A stretch of 50,131 nt of DNA, from positions 1-50,131 of the forward strand of contig JBGALL010000004.1 of assembly GCA_044223895.1 (NCBI GenBank). The letters are read 5' to 3'. This stretch comes from Candidatus Woesebacteria bacterium. Its GTDB lineage: Bacteria > Patescibacteriota > Microgenomatia > UBA10105 > UBA927. Below the pieces are notes generated by a model, which had not been told where the DNA came from, made no database searches, and saw only the letters and a program-made list of their open reading frames with translations. A program made the translations under genes and the position numbers. Numbering within the stretch: position 1 is the stretch's first letter; every line of letters begins with the position of its first letter. This document shows positions 30,311 to 39,881 of the stretch, piece after piece.

Positions 30311-30979
30311 TTATTTTTTAGCAACAATTAAAGTAGTTGAAACAAAACCCTTTAAAGGAATATATCTATGAATTATAGGATTAATAAATGGTGGTATACG
30401 CCAAATAAGTGGCGGAAATGAGAGTGGTAAACAGGTAACTTTACTAAAGCCATATGATTCTATGGTTGTCTGCCAAAATTCAGGCAAATGAACGTTTACG
30501 TGTGTGGGATCAATCATGTTTTTTTTATAGGGATATGGTGTACTAGCGATAAAATATCCATTCTTATCCAAAAGGTTATAAATATTTGATAAAGCCAGAT
30601 CTAATTGGGGAATATGTTCAAGCACTTCAAAGGCAAATATAAAATTAAAGGTATCGTTAGTGGGAAAAGATCTAGTGACATCATACACTCTAAAAGGGAT
30701 CGTTGGTGAAAGACGTTGTGCATGTTCGACCATTATCTCAGCTATATCAGTGCCTGTAGCCTGGGCTCCTTCATCATGTAATAAAGTACTTAAAGCCCCA
30801 ATTCCACATCCAAGCTCTAAGGTCTTCTTATCGTTAAAATGTAGATGAAATCTACTTTTAATTAAATGTAACCAAGAAGAATACCAAAGGCGATATTTTT
30901 CTAAATCTTTAATCCCCCATTCATTACCTTCTGGTCTATAATGACTATAGAAATAATTATTCCATTTTTGCTGTTTCAT
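30311..30979 (-). CDS. Class I SAM-dependent methyltransferase
   Basis: LELGCGIG, FEVLEHI and DPTH motifs. Confidence 0.92.
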   Translation of the reverse strand: MKQQKWNNYFYSHYRPEGNEWGIKDLEKYRLWYSSWLHLIKSRFHLHFNDKKTLELGCGIGALSTLLHDEGAQATGTDIAEIMVEHAQRLSPTIPFRVYDVTRSFPTNDTFNFIFAFEVLEHIPQLDLALSNIYNLLDKNGYFIASTPYPYKKNMIDPTHVNVHLPEFWQTTIESYGFSKVTCLPLSFPPLIWRIPPFINPIIHRYIPLKGFVSTTLIVAKK

Positions 30980-30991
30980 AGATGTTATTGA

Positions 30992-31000
30992 ATTATATCA
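30992..31000 (-). promoter_or_regulatory. Extended -10 element (TGATATAAT), internal promoter
   Basis: Perfect TGnTATAAT 12 nt upstream of the ATG at 30979. Confidence 0.5.
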
Positions 31001-31017
31001 ATTTTTGAGGTCTTCGA

Positions 31018-31338
31018 TTATTCTTTTGCAAAACAATAGTGAATCAACCCCAATACAAATAAAAGAAAAAACCATTCTCCCAATCTTTCAGTCAACCGAA
31101 GGGAACCAAAAAAAACAAAAGCCATTCCCATACAACTTACGATTGCTAAGGCTAAACCGAAAACATATTTATAGGAAGCTTTTCGTATATATAACACGAG
31201 AACAGTACTTATAAGACTGATTATAAAAGGGGTATCGTGGTTACCAAACTTATACATCAAATCTAGTACAAATGCAGCAACTGCCACCACAGTAAAGATT
31301 ATCGGAATAATAGTAGTTAGTTTATTTTTTTTCTCCAT
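31018..31338 (-). CDS. Small membrane protein (4 TM)
   Basis: Hydrophobic 106-aa ORF. Its C-terminal TERL motif resembles AERL in 20456-20677. Confidence 0.7.
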   Translation of the reverse strand: MEKKNKLTTIIPIIFTVVAVAAFVLDLMYKFGNHDTPFIISLISTVLVLYIRKASYKYVFGLALAIVSCMGMAFVFFGSLRLTERLGEWFFLLFVLGLIHYCFAKE

Positions 31339-33533
31339 AATTGTGTGCCAATATAAATAACCAATAAGATTCCACCGATGATTGATGTATAGAACCCATA
31401 GGTAAAATATTTTTGAAATTCATAGTCAACCGTACCCACTAGATGCTTATTCGAAATTTTGGAGGGATCTATCAACCATCCATTAGCAAAGCCATTTACT
31501 AGCATAGGACTGGTTCCAGGCATTTGATCCAGTATTAGTTTCCAATGTTTGTCATAGTCCTCCGATAAGATCACTAAAAATGGCCTTGAACTATTCTCCG
31601 CATTAATACTAACTGAATATTCAACTGAAGATTTTTTTTCAAAATAGACGGATGGAACTTCTATAGGATCTTGATTACAGATATTGTTTCTCTGACAATC
31701 TACTTGAGATATGTACGCTGATCGAAAGGAAGAACCTTGGATAACACCAGATTCAGAAGCATAAATAGTATCCGCCACATAAAGTGTCGGCCTCACAATA
31801 TTCTCAGGTAACTCCTTAACTTCAAAAAATCCATTTGAAAAAAGATCTTTAAGCTGAAGTTGATTGAATATATGATCATAGCCTGCCTGCGTATTTAGAC
31901 TCGAAATATCCTCATTCATATCGTATTTATAATTTGGGAATTTAGGAAAGTTTTTCAAAACCATTTCATCATTATTTCTGAATATGTAGCGCACGTTCAG
32001 TAAGGACAGCACTTGTTTGATTGTTTGCAGATCATTTTTTTTAAAAGCCTCGAGCATAGTATTCCTATAGAGGCCAAAAGTTCCAAATCCCGGATAGTCT
32101 TTTTTATTCCCCAGAAGTCTCACCATAGACAACCCTACATAGGCTCCTCCTTCTTTGCCCGAGACTATTTGGAAGTAGGGCAAGGTGAGTGGCAAGGTAA
32201 GAACATTACCATTGTTGGGAAGTTGATAGATATATTTTATAGCTTTATCGATATCAGTATCGGGTTTATAAATAGTTGAAACATTTTTAGACTGATATAA
32301 AAAGCTTTTTTCGTATGGATTAATCAAGAATGGATAAATTCTAAATATAGTTACCAGGATACATATCCCACTAAGAAAAAGGGCTGTCTGAGATTTGCGC
32401 TTTTCTAATAGAAAATATAATGAGGTACCAAATAATAGTGCGTAAAAAAATATAAAAACAAAGTACCATTTCTCATCAAATGATCGAAACATTATAAATC
32501 CGGGTAAGCGAAATAATTGCCGGTAGAGTCGTACACCTATCAAGGTAATATTTGCGCTTACAAGAAAGAAACACGCACTCCAAAAAATGCCGAGAAGAGC
32601 TAACAACCTTGAACGTTTTACTAGAAAGCCACTAAAGGCTATTAGCGGAATTATTAAGATGCCTATACTGCCTAAATGCCAATTTGTCGGCTGAAATAAC
32701 TCCACACTCAATTTCCCAAGTGTTTGGCGATTTTCATCAAAATAGTGAAGTCCCAAGTTCTCTTGAATTTGCTTAGAAAAAATATATGAGTTGATACTGT
32801 TACCTTTATCGATAACCGATGCAATTGTTGGAATAATATGAAAGCCATGAATTAATACCGATACCAGAAGTAACATAGATAACGTTTTCCAAGGAATCGG
32901 CTTTTTAAGTACATAGATAAGATAAGTACAGATAAATACCATGGTTGCTGGGAAAAATGATACTAACTGGGGCATACTAGAAAAACCAAAATTACCAGAA
33001 AATATTAATGACACTGTTACGATAGACAAAAAGTAGCCTACTTTTTTAGACAAACATAACTGCAATATGAGGTAACTCATCAGTGGATTAAGAAAAATTT
33101 GATTTTGAGTATCCAATGAAGTAATCCAGCCTAATTTTGTAGCCATTCCAAGATACATTATTCCTGTACAGATAGCCACGCACTCTCTAAGCAATGTCCC
33201 CTTCTTCAGAGGCTGTGATAGTAATAATTTAACCAACAAATACATTGCAAAATAGGCTACTGAAAGTTGAATCCCATGGGAAATATTAATGAGATTTGTT
33301 GGACTAGAAATTATCTGTTTAAGAAGTGATAAAAAATAATAGTTCGGAATAAACGCATACATAGAAGCTCCCAACATATTTTTTTGCTCCAGATAATATT
33401 TGGCAATTTGTAATGGATTTATAAAATACAGACGAGAAGCATCTCCACCTAAGTCTACAAACCCAGGTTTAAGCCAGAAGAAGGGGACAAAAAATAAGAC
33501 TATACCAACCAAAAGGGCGAAATATCGTTTCAT
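31317..33533 (-). CDS. AftD/DUF3367-like GT-C membrane protein
   Basis: LGGD, GFIMFRSFDEKW, VLTLP, SEDYDKHW and VNGFANGW motifs plus a C-terminal TM. Confidence 0.75.
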   Translation of the reverse strand: MKRYFALLVGIVLFFVPFFWLKPGFVDLGGDASRLYFINPLQIAKYYLEQKNMLGASMYAFIPNYYFLSLLKQIISSPTNLINISHGIQLSVAYFAMYLLVKLLLSQPLKKGTLLRECVAICTGIMYLGMATKLGWITSLDTQNQIFLNPLMSYLILQLCLSKKVGYFLSIVTVSLIFSGNFGFSSMPQLVSFFPATMVFICTYLIYVLKKPIPWKTLSMLLLVSVLIHGFHIIPTIASVIDKGNSINSYIFSKQIQENLGLHYFDENRQTLGKLSVELFQPTNWHLGSIGILIIPLIAFSGFLVKRSRLLALLGIFWSACFFLVSANITLIGVRLYRQLFRLPGFIMFRSFDEKWYFVFIFFYALLFGTSLYFLLEKRKSQTALFLSGICILVTIFRIYPFLINPYEKSFLYQSKNVSTIYKPDTDIDKAIKYIYQLPNNGNVLTLPLTLPYFQIVSGKEGGAYVGLSMVRLLGNKKDYPGFGTFGLYRNTMLEAFKKNDLQTIKQVLSLLNVRYIFRNNDEMVLKNFPKFPNYKYDMNEDISSLNTQAGYDHIFNQLQLKDLFSNGFFEVKELPENIVRPTLYVADTIYASESGVIQGSSFRSAYISQVDCQRNNICNQDPIEVPSVYFEKKSSVEYSVSINAENSSRPFLVILSEDYDKHWKLILDQMPGTSPMLVNGFANGWLIDPSKISNKHLVGTVDYEFQKYFTYGFYTSIIGGILLVIYIGTQLWRKKIN

Positions 33534-34605
33534 GGAGAAACAGCAGTATCTATTGATTTAACGATATAGGAAACTTCTTGATCGGTTAATTTAGGATATA
33601 AAGGAATTGTAATTGTTGAGTTCCCAATTTTTTCAGCTATTGGATAACTCTGAAGTTTACGGCTACCCCAATATCTGCATCTTGGAGTGCGTGCAAGATC
33701 TGATCACGTTTGGATTCTGACACCCAAATGGTATACAGATGTCTTGCATGCTTAGAGTTTTTAAGTACTGCAGGAGTTTGTATTTTATGATTATGTTTTA
33801 ATCCTTTATCATAGGCTTTACTTATCTGTTCTTTCCGAGCTAGAAAATTTTCAATATGCTCCAGTTGATGGATAAGTAAAGCAGCTTGAATATTTGTCAT
33901 GTTTGATTTGTAGCCAAGAAATTCCATGTCATAATGTTCGTATTTTTTGGAATATCTATCTGCTGCGTTCTTACTCATTCCATGTAATCTTGCTTTCTTT
34001 AACCACTCATAGGTTTTCGCATCATGACAGGTCAATGCACCTCCCTCACCGGAAGTAATATTTTTGGTTGCATAAAAACTAAAACAACCTATATCTCCTA
34101 ATTGACCAGGTCGAATGCCATCCCTGATTCCTTCTATGCAATGGGCACAATCTTCAATTATTTTAAGATTGTGTTTATCTGCAATTTTGCGAATTTTTTT
34201 CATGTCACACATTTGACCATAAAGATGTACTAATAGTATAGCTTTGGTATTGGGGGTAATTTTTTCTTCTATATGATTAGCGTCTATATTTCCGGTATCA
34301 GGTTCTACATCTACAAACACAGGAGTTGCTCCACAATATTCAATTGAATTTGCTGTAGCTATAAATGACATTGGTGTAGTTATGATTTCATCACCGGGTT
34401 TAATATCATAGTATTTTAAGGCGATGAACAAAGCGTCAGTACAAGAATTTACACCAACGGCATATTCATTCCCAGTATATGTAGCAAATTTTTCTTCAAA
34501 TTCATTTACACGAGAACCGGTAGTAATAAATAATGAATTTAGAACAGCTAAACATTCTTGTTTATCTTCTTCTGAAAGATTATGTTTATAGAAATCTATA
34601 TGCAT
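33530..34605 (-). pseudogene. DegT/DnrJ aminotransferase with an internal deletion and frameshift near the 3' end
   Basis: The ORF (EDCAH, SFYATKNITSGEGG) stops at 33637 after VNFRVIQ. The family C-terminus SYPIAEKIGNSTITIPLYPKLTDQEVSYIV continues in another frame (33649-33530). Confidence 0.8.
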
Positions 34606-34606
34606 A

Positions 34607-35563
34607 TTAGTTATATGAATAGAACTTATATTCTTCTGTTAGTTGTACTATTTTTTCTATCCCTTTTTCAATCGAATATTGAGGTTGAAACCCTATTAAG
34701 GTTTTAGCTTTTTCAATATCCTGAGGACCACGATACACTTGTTGAGACTGTGGTTCTCGAACTTCATAGGTGAATGTAGGAAAATATTTTTTTATTACTT
34801 CTGCAAATTCAGTAGCTCCCCTTGCCTCGCCTTTTGATAAATTTAAGGTTTGATGATTAGCATTTTTATTAAACATACTTAGGATAAACCCTTCAGCTAC
34901 ATCATCAACATAGGAAAAATCGAGTGTTTCACCTTTGACTACCCAAGCTTGTTTTTTTAAATAGGCAGCATCTAACAGAAGTTGAGAAACGCGATTGGCA
35001 CAATCGGTAAAACCATAGACAGACGTTGGACGGATAATAAGCCAATCTTTTTTACTTAGCTTAACAAAATATTCTCCTGCAGCCTTGCAGGCACCATAGG
35101 TATTTACAGGTTCCAAAATAAAATTTTCACTCTGAGGCGTTTGTTTAAAATGTCCATAGGCCATACTCGATGACGTATAAACTAGTTTTTCCACTTCACT
35201 CTTTTCAAATATCTCGAGAACGTTAAACGTGCCATTCATGTTAATAGGAATCATCTGATTTGCAAATTGTGGCAAAGGACGAGCCATAGATAACCCTGCT
35301 AAATGAACGAGTATTGTTGGTTTGAAATCTTTTATGGATTTGGCTAAGGTTTCCTTATCCCTAATATCTCCTTGATAGATTTTGGACGGCTGCCGATAAT
35401 ATTTTTTCCTAATTGATAAACACTGTTTATAATAGGCTTCGTTATCAATAAAATTAACGAGTTGATCGAATGAAGCTGTTTCATAGCCCATGTTCACTAA
35501 CTTGTCGATAATACATGCACCAATAAAACCAGCTCCTCCAGTCAGAAAAATTTTTTGTTTCAT
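34607..35563 (-). CDS. NAD-dependent epimerase/dehydratase
   Basis: TGGAGFIG, TSSSMAYG and YGACK (YxxxK) motifs. Confidence 0.92.
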   Translation of the reverse strand: MKQKIFLTGGAGFIGACIIDKLVNMGYETASFDQLVNFIDNEAYYKQCLSIRKKYYRQPSKIYQGDIRDKETLAKSIKDFKPTILVHLAGLSMARPLPQFANQMIPINMNGTFNVLEIFEKSEVEKLVYTSSSMAYGHFKQTPQSENFILEPVNTYGACKAAGEYFVKLSKKDWLIIRPTSVYGFTDCANRVSQLLLDAAYLKKQAWVVKGETLDFSYVDDVAEGFILSMFNKNANHQTLNLSKGEARGATEFAEVIKKYFPTFTYEVREPQSQQVYRGPQDIEKAKTLIGFQPQYSIEKGIEKIVQLTEEYKFYSYN

Positions 35564-36288
35564 ATATCTGTGTGTTTATGATATACCAATTCAACTTTAT
35601 CGATTACAAATCCTGTTTTTTGAAAAAATATATTTGCTGGGATATTCTCACCAGCGGTAACCACTAAAGGATTATAGAATTTATTTTCGCGTAAATACAT
35701 CAATGCTTGTTCAATGAGATATTTTCCTAATTTTTTATTTTGATGCTCCGTAAGAATCCCAACTAAATCGATCTCTCCATGTGTTTGTTTTATTTTGGTT
35801 GTACAAATACCTACGATCTGTTTATTATAGCGAATTACAAAGCTTCGAGAAGCGAATCCCTGAAACAAACTGTTTTTTATCCATTGGATGTATATTTGTT
35901 TACTTTTATCCTGGGGGATTTGACTGTCTTTATAATATCTATTCACTTTGCCGATAATCACTGCTAAATGCTCAATTTCTGTATCAGTTATCGTCTCAGT
36001 AGGAGAAAAAGAAGTTATTTCAAAACCTTTCGCTTCTAGGTTAGGTAAGATTCCCTGATCGCTCTGTGAATATTTATACGTATTTCTTATACTGATGAAA
36101 TGAAATCCTAAGTTTTCTAAGGAGGTTGAATAGTCTGTTAGAGCTGGAATAAATGAACAAACGATCGAGTCTTTTATTGACACCAATAAAGACTTGATTT
36201 CGGTAGGACTATCTCCCTCTTCTAGAGTTAGCTTATAGACATTTTTACCAAGAATAGCCGTATCAAATTCATCTTTAACAAATTTCAT
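35560..36288 (-). CDS. GNAT acetyltransferase, WecD-like (aminosugar N-acetyltransferase)
   Basis: EFDTAILG, RYYKD, IYIQWIKNS, HQNKKLG and NIPANIFFQKTGF motifs. Confidence 0.8.
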   Translation of the reverse strand: MKFVKDEFDTAILGKNVYKLTLEEGDSPTEIKSLLVSIKDSIVCSFIPALTDYSTSLENLGFHFISIRNTYKYSQSDQGILPNLEAKGFEITSFSPTETITDTEIEHLAVIIGKVNRYYKDSQIPQDKSKQIYIQWIKNSLFQGFASRSFVIRYNKQIVGICTTKIKQTHGEIDLVGILTEHQNKKLGKYLIEQALMYLRENKFYNPLVVTAGENIPANIFFQKTGFVIDKVELVYHKHTDI

Positions 36289-37343
36289 AATCCGGAAATT
36301 TTTTTGTCACCACCATAACTTTTTAATTCAGGAACGATACCTATTACGTTTAATCCCATGTAGTACATAATAAGCCAGGCTGTGTATAGGCACAAGGGTA
36401 GATGAATGAGATAGCCTAGATTTTTTCTCGTAATAGATAACCATAGAGCATCACACAACGGAATTATGATTGAATACGCATAGGGAATAAACAAATATTG
36501 CTTAAATTTGTCACTACCTTGTGAAAAACTATTTCTTCCTTTAAATCCTTCATCAGCTTTAGTGTAAATATTATTAACAATTCTTGAGGAAATTTTCCCT
36601 AGATACCGTTTCAAGGTTTGAGACGAATAATGAACCAAAACATCGTTTTTAGTGATGCCAATATGCATTTTTTTGGAAAGTAATAGATTGAAAAAATGTG
36701 GTATTAATCCTGGGTTTTTCTCAATTTCAGGAAAATTTTTTTTCAAAAAATCTAAATTCACAATACTTCCCATTGCAACTAATTCAAAAATAGGTAAATG
36801 ATTAGTAGTTGAAAAATCAAATAGGAGATACTCCTTCGTTTCTTTCACAACTGTGTAGTTTTTTTTCATATCAGGTATAAAAAATCGGAAATCTTTTGAA
36901 AGTTTGTATATAAAAAAAGAAAAAGGATCTCCATATTCATTTATGTAGTTATTCACAACTCCATAGTTACGGGGACTTTTATATCCACTTCCTGTTACAG
37001 CACCAACCGAGGGATTTTTTGTTAATAGATCTATTTTTTTCTTAATACTTTGAATATTTTCAATCACTTCATCACTGTCAAGAAACATGGCATATTTTCC
37101 CTGCGCTTGAAGATACCCTAAATACTTTGCCCAGGCAGGGACCATTTTCGGATTAAAGATAATCTTACAATTGTACTTTTTGGCAATTTCAAGAGTAGTA
37201 TCGGTAGATCCACCATCAATAACCAGTATTTCAACTGTGGACAATGGATAATCCTGTTGAGATACGGATTCCAACACTTTGGGAAGTAATTCACCTGAAT
37301 TTAACGTAGCAATAATGATGGTGAGTACTGGTTTATCTTTCAT
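36285..37343 (-). CDS. GT2 glycosyltransferase with a C-terminal hydrophobic segment
   Basis: IDGGSTD and FLDSDE motifs. Confidence 0.9.
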   Translation of the reverse strand: MKDKPVLTIIIATLNSGELLPKVLESVSQQDYPLSTVEILVIDGGSTDTTLEIAKKYNCKIIFNPKMVPAWAKYLGYLQAQGKYAMFLDSDEVIENIQSIKKKIDLLTKNPSVGAVTGSGYKSPRNYGVVNNYINEYGDPFSFFIYKLSKDFRFFIPDMKKNYTVVKETKEYLLFDFSTTNHLPIFELVAMGSIVNLDFLKKNFPEIEKNPGLIPHFFNLLLSKKMHIGITKNDVLVHYSSQTLKRYLGKISSRIVNNIYTKADEGFKGRNSFSQGSDKFKQYLFIPYAYSIIIPLCDALWLSITRKNLGYLIHLPLCLYTAWLIMYYMGLNVIGIVPELKSYGGDKKISGL

Positions 37344-38451
37344 GGGGAAAGAGGTAATCGGTAATAATAGTAGATGGAGTTTTACTTATTTTCACAGTAG
37401 AGCGTTTATAGTCTTGATAGTGTTTTAGGAATTTTGAAATAACTTCTGGATTATTTTTACTTAAAATAACATTTTCACCAAGTCCCTCAACACGCTCAGT
37501 ATAATTTCGTAACAATAAACAAGGTTTACCCATATAATACATTTCTTCCTGATTACTTCCTCCATCGGTAATCATAAACTCTGAGTGTTCTAGTAAATGC
37601 ATAAAATCACCATATGGTAATCGCGAAATACGCTTAATATTACCAGTTATTTTCTGAGGAACTACTGCAGACATAACTTTTATAAAATTTGCTGATAGAT
37701 CATGAACCATAAAGACACATTCCAAATCCTGACTTACAGCCTGTAAGACACGTTGTAAAATTTCGGCGGTTTCCTTCTTTTTAAAAAGTACGTGTTCCTG
37801 TCGATGGATTACTAATACAAAATATTTTTTGTTTTGTCTGGTTAATTCCCTTAATAACGAATGAGTACTTTTTACTTTCATAGCAGACCAGAATGTTTCT
37901 ATGAGTGTGTTTTGAAAGGTATTTACTTTCTCTCCATGTTTAGAGGTTAAATTATTAACAGCCCATTCGTTTGGACAGAAATGGATATCAGCCATACGAG
38001 AGATAAGATACCTACTAATTTCTTCTGGAAATGGTTCGAAAAAATGAAATGAACGCAAACCTGATTCTATATGCACCAGCTTTAAGCCGTACACTCTAGC
38101 AACTAAAGAACCCATAAGTGAAGATATCGTATCTCCGTGGACAATAAATAATGAATTGGATTTATTTAATTTTTTAAAGATAGTTTTCATCCCTATGAGC
38201 AAAGAAAAAAATGTTCGGATCGACCACACTATGAAGGAAAACATTGATGATTCTTTACTTTTGGGCGTTATCGCATAGAGAATTTCTGCATCCCCTATTT
38301 CCTGAGCAAATTCTTCAAATCGTATATCATTTTGACCGGAAGCAATAATAGTAAATTTTATATTTCTTTTTCGAAATTCATTAATTACTGGGGTAAGTTT
38401 TATTAATTCTGCTGTGGTACCGATAAAAAAATAAATTAGTTGTTTTGTCAT
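37333..38451 (-). CDS. UDP-GlcNAc 2-epimerase-like (WecB family, atypical motifs)
   Basis: VHGDT, HIESGLRS, PFPEE, IHRQE and NQEE...LLRNYTER.EG motifs. Confidence 0.85.
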   Translation of the reverse strand: MTKQLIYFFIGTTAELIKLTPVINEFRKRNIKFTIIASGQNDIRFEEFAQEIGDAEILYAITPKSKESSMFSFIVWSIRTFFSLLIGMKTIFKKLNKSNSLFIVHGDTISSLMGSLVARVYGLKLVHIESGLRSFHFFEPFPEEISRYLISRMADIHFCPNEWAVNNLTSKHGEKVNTFQNTLIETFWSAMKVKSTHSLLRELTRQNKKYFVLVIHRQEHVLFKKKETAEILQRVLQAVSQDLECVFMVHDLSANFIKVMSAVVPQKITGNIKRISRLPYGDFMHLLEHSEFMITDGGSNQEEMYYMGKPCLLLRNYTERVEGLGENVILSKNNPEVISKFLKHYQDYKRSTVKISKTPSTIITDYLFPHER

Positions 38452-38547
38452 ACAAACTTTTGAATAATTTCCAACCTACTATATCAAAAATTTTATGAAT
38501 TCGTTAACAATTCAAAATGAATGACTTTATAATTTATGCCAGGTAAA

Positions 38548-39390
38548 TTACTGATCTGATTGAGCAATAATTGCTTGTCGATCAGAGGAAGGATATATAT
38601 ACGTATTATACTGTTTGTGTTTAAAATTATGCATTACATAGATCATATCCGACCAAGTCGATTTAATTGCTCGTTTATGGAACATTCCGTGTATCTTAGC
38701 AATTTTTTTATTTGGATGTGTTTTGTTAAATTCGCTAATTGCTAATAACTCACCAACATATTCACAAAGAATTTCTTCATCAGTTCCTATAATATCGTCT
38801 AAATAACAAAAAATTCTTGGTAACATGTTTGCATCTTTCGTATCGAACAATTTCAATACTGATTTTGCTGAAGAATAATAATCAGTATCAATAGCTACAA
38901 ATCCAATTGGTGCAACTGATGTTTTGATAAATGATGGAACCGTTTTCTTAACATCACCTATTACTAAGGTTGTCGTATGCAATAATCTTTTTTTTAGAGC
39001 TTCAACATCCATTGAAAAAAATCCTTTTTGCCATATATAAGGCAGATCCCTATAATCTGCTGGTTCAGGTAAACCTATAGCTATATCAAAACCGTATATA
39101 TCTATCATCACACCAGTCAGCTTCGTAATTTCTATAGATAATTGTTCTAATATTATTAACCCTATACCTCCAGCCACACCAAATTCGTATGCTGAAATCC
39201 TTGATATTCCTAACGCTTTCGCCTCTAAAGCTGCTTGATATAACCCGTAGGCATAATACGGTCTTTCTATACCATCGACATCCATCCTAAATGAAAATAG
39301 CCATGATAATGGCAATTTTCGAAGAAGAAGAACCCCCAATAAAATTGGATTTAAAAGTACGCGGAGTACGAGTGTTTTATGATATTTCAT
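38548..39390 (-). CDS. Hypothetical protein, TylF/class I methyltransferase-like
   Basis: EFGVAGG, YGFD..GLP, IDTDYYSS and LDD motifs. Confidence 0.65.
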   Translation of the reverse strand: MKYHKTLVLRVLLNPILLGVLLLRKLPLSWLFSFRMDVDGIERPYYAYGLYQAALEAKALGISRISAYEFGVAGGIGLIILEQLSIEITKLTGVMIDIYGFDIAIGLPEPADYRDLPYIWQKGFFSMDVEALKKRLLHTTTLVIGDVKKTVPSFIKTSVAPIGFVAIDTDYYSSAKSVLKLFDTKDANMLPRIFCYLDDIIGTDEEILCEYVGELLAISEFNKTHPNKKIAKIHGMFHKRAIKSTWSDMIYVMHNFKHKQYNTYIYPSSDRQAIIAQSDQ

Positions 39391-39881
39391 ATCGATAATT
39401 TCTTAATTACTTTGGCAGGATTTCCTGCTATAACGACATTTTTAGGAAATGATTTAGTGACAACACTTCCAGCTCCAACTACACAATTATCACCGAGTGT
39501 TACTCCTGGCAGAATGATTGTTCGAGAGGCGATCCATACATTTTTTCCGATACTTACGGGTTTGGCAATAATTGTATTTCTGTTCAACAGATCGTGCTGG
39601 GCGGTAATAATCATACAATCTTTTGAAAAGCCACTGCCTTCTCCAATAGAAATTTTTTCGTAATCTAATAGGAAAACGTTACTAAAAGAAACATCTTTTG
39701 CCAAGATATTTGTACCATAAAAAAAACGAAATCCCGGTTCTATTGAACAGTTTATACACTTTTTTAAACTAAAGTGAAATAAGAAGAATTTGATTGGAGG
39801 GATAATACAAATCACCGGAAAAAGTAATAAAAGATATGACCAAATACTTTTTGAAGGTATCCCCTGGCTATATTCGATCAT
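39387..39881 (-). CDS. Hexapeptide-repeat acetyltransferase
   Basis: IGKNVWIASRTIILPGVTLGDNCVVGAGSVVTK...GNPAK. Confidence 0.92.
   Translation of the reverse strand: MIEYSQGIPSKSIWSYLLLLFPVICIIPPIKFFLFHFSLKKCINCSIEPGFRFFYGTNILAKDVSFSNVFLLDYEKISIGEGSGFSKDCMIITAQHDLLNRNTIIAKPVSIGKNVWIASRTIILPGVTLGDNCVVGAGSVVTKSFPKNVVIAGNPAKVIKKLSI

Noticed and set aside
33637-33660. Programmed frameshift or TAG readthrough in the DegT gene
   Set aside because: No convincing slippery heptamer, the continuation is in another frame, and conserved residues are missing.
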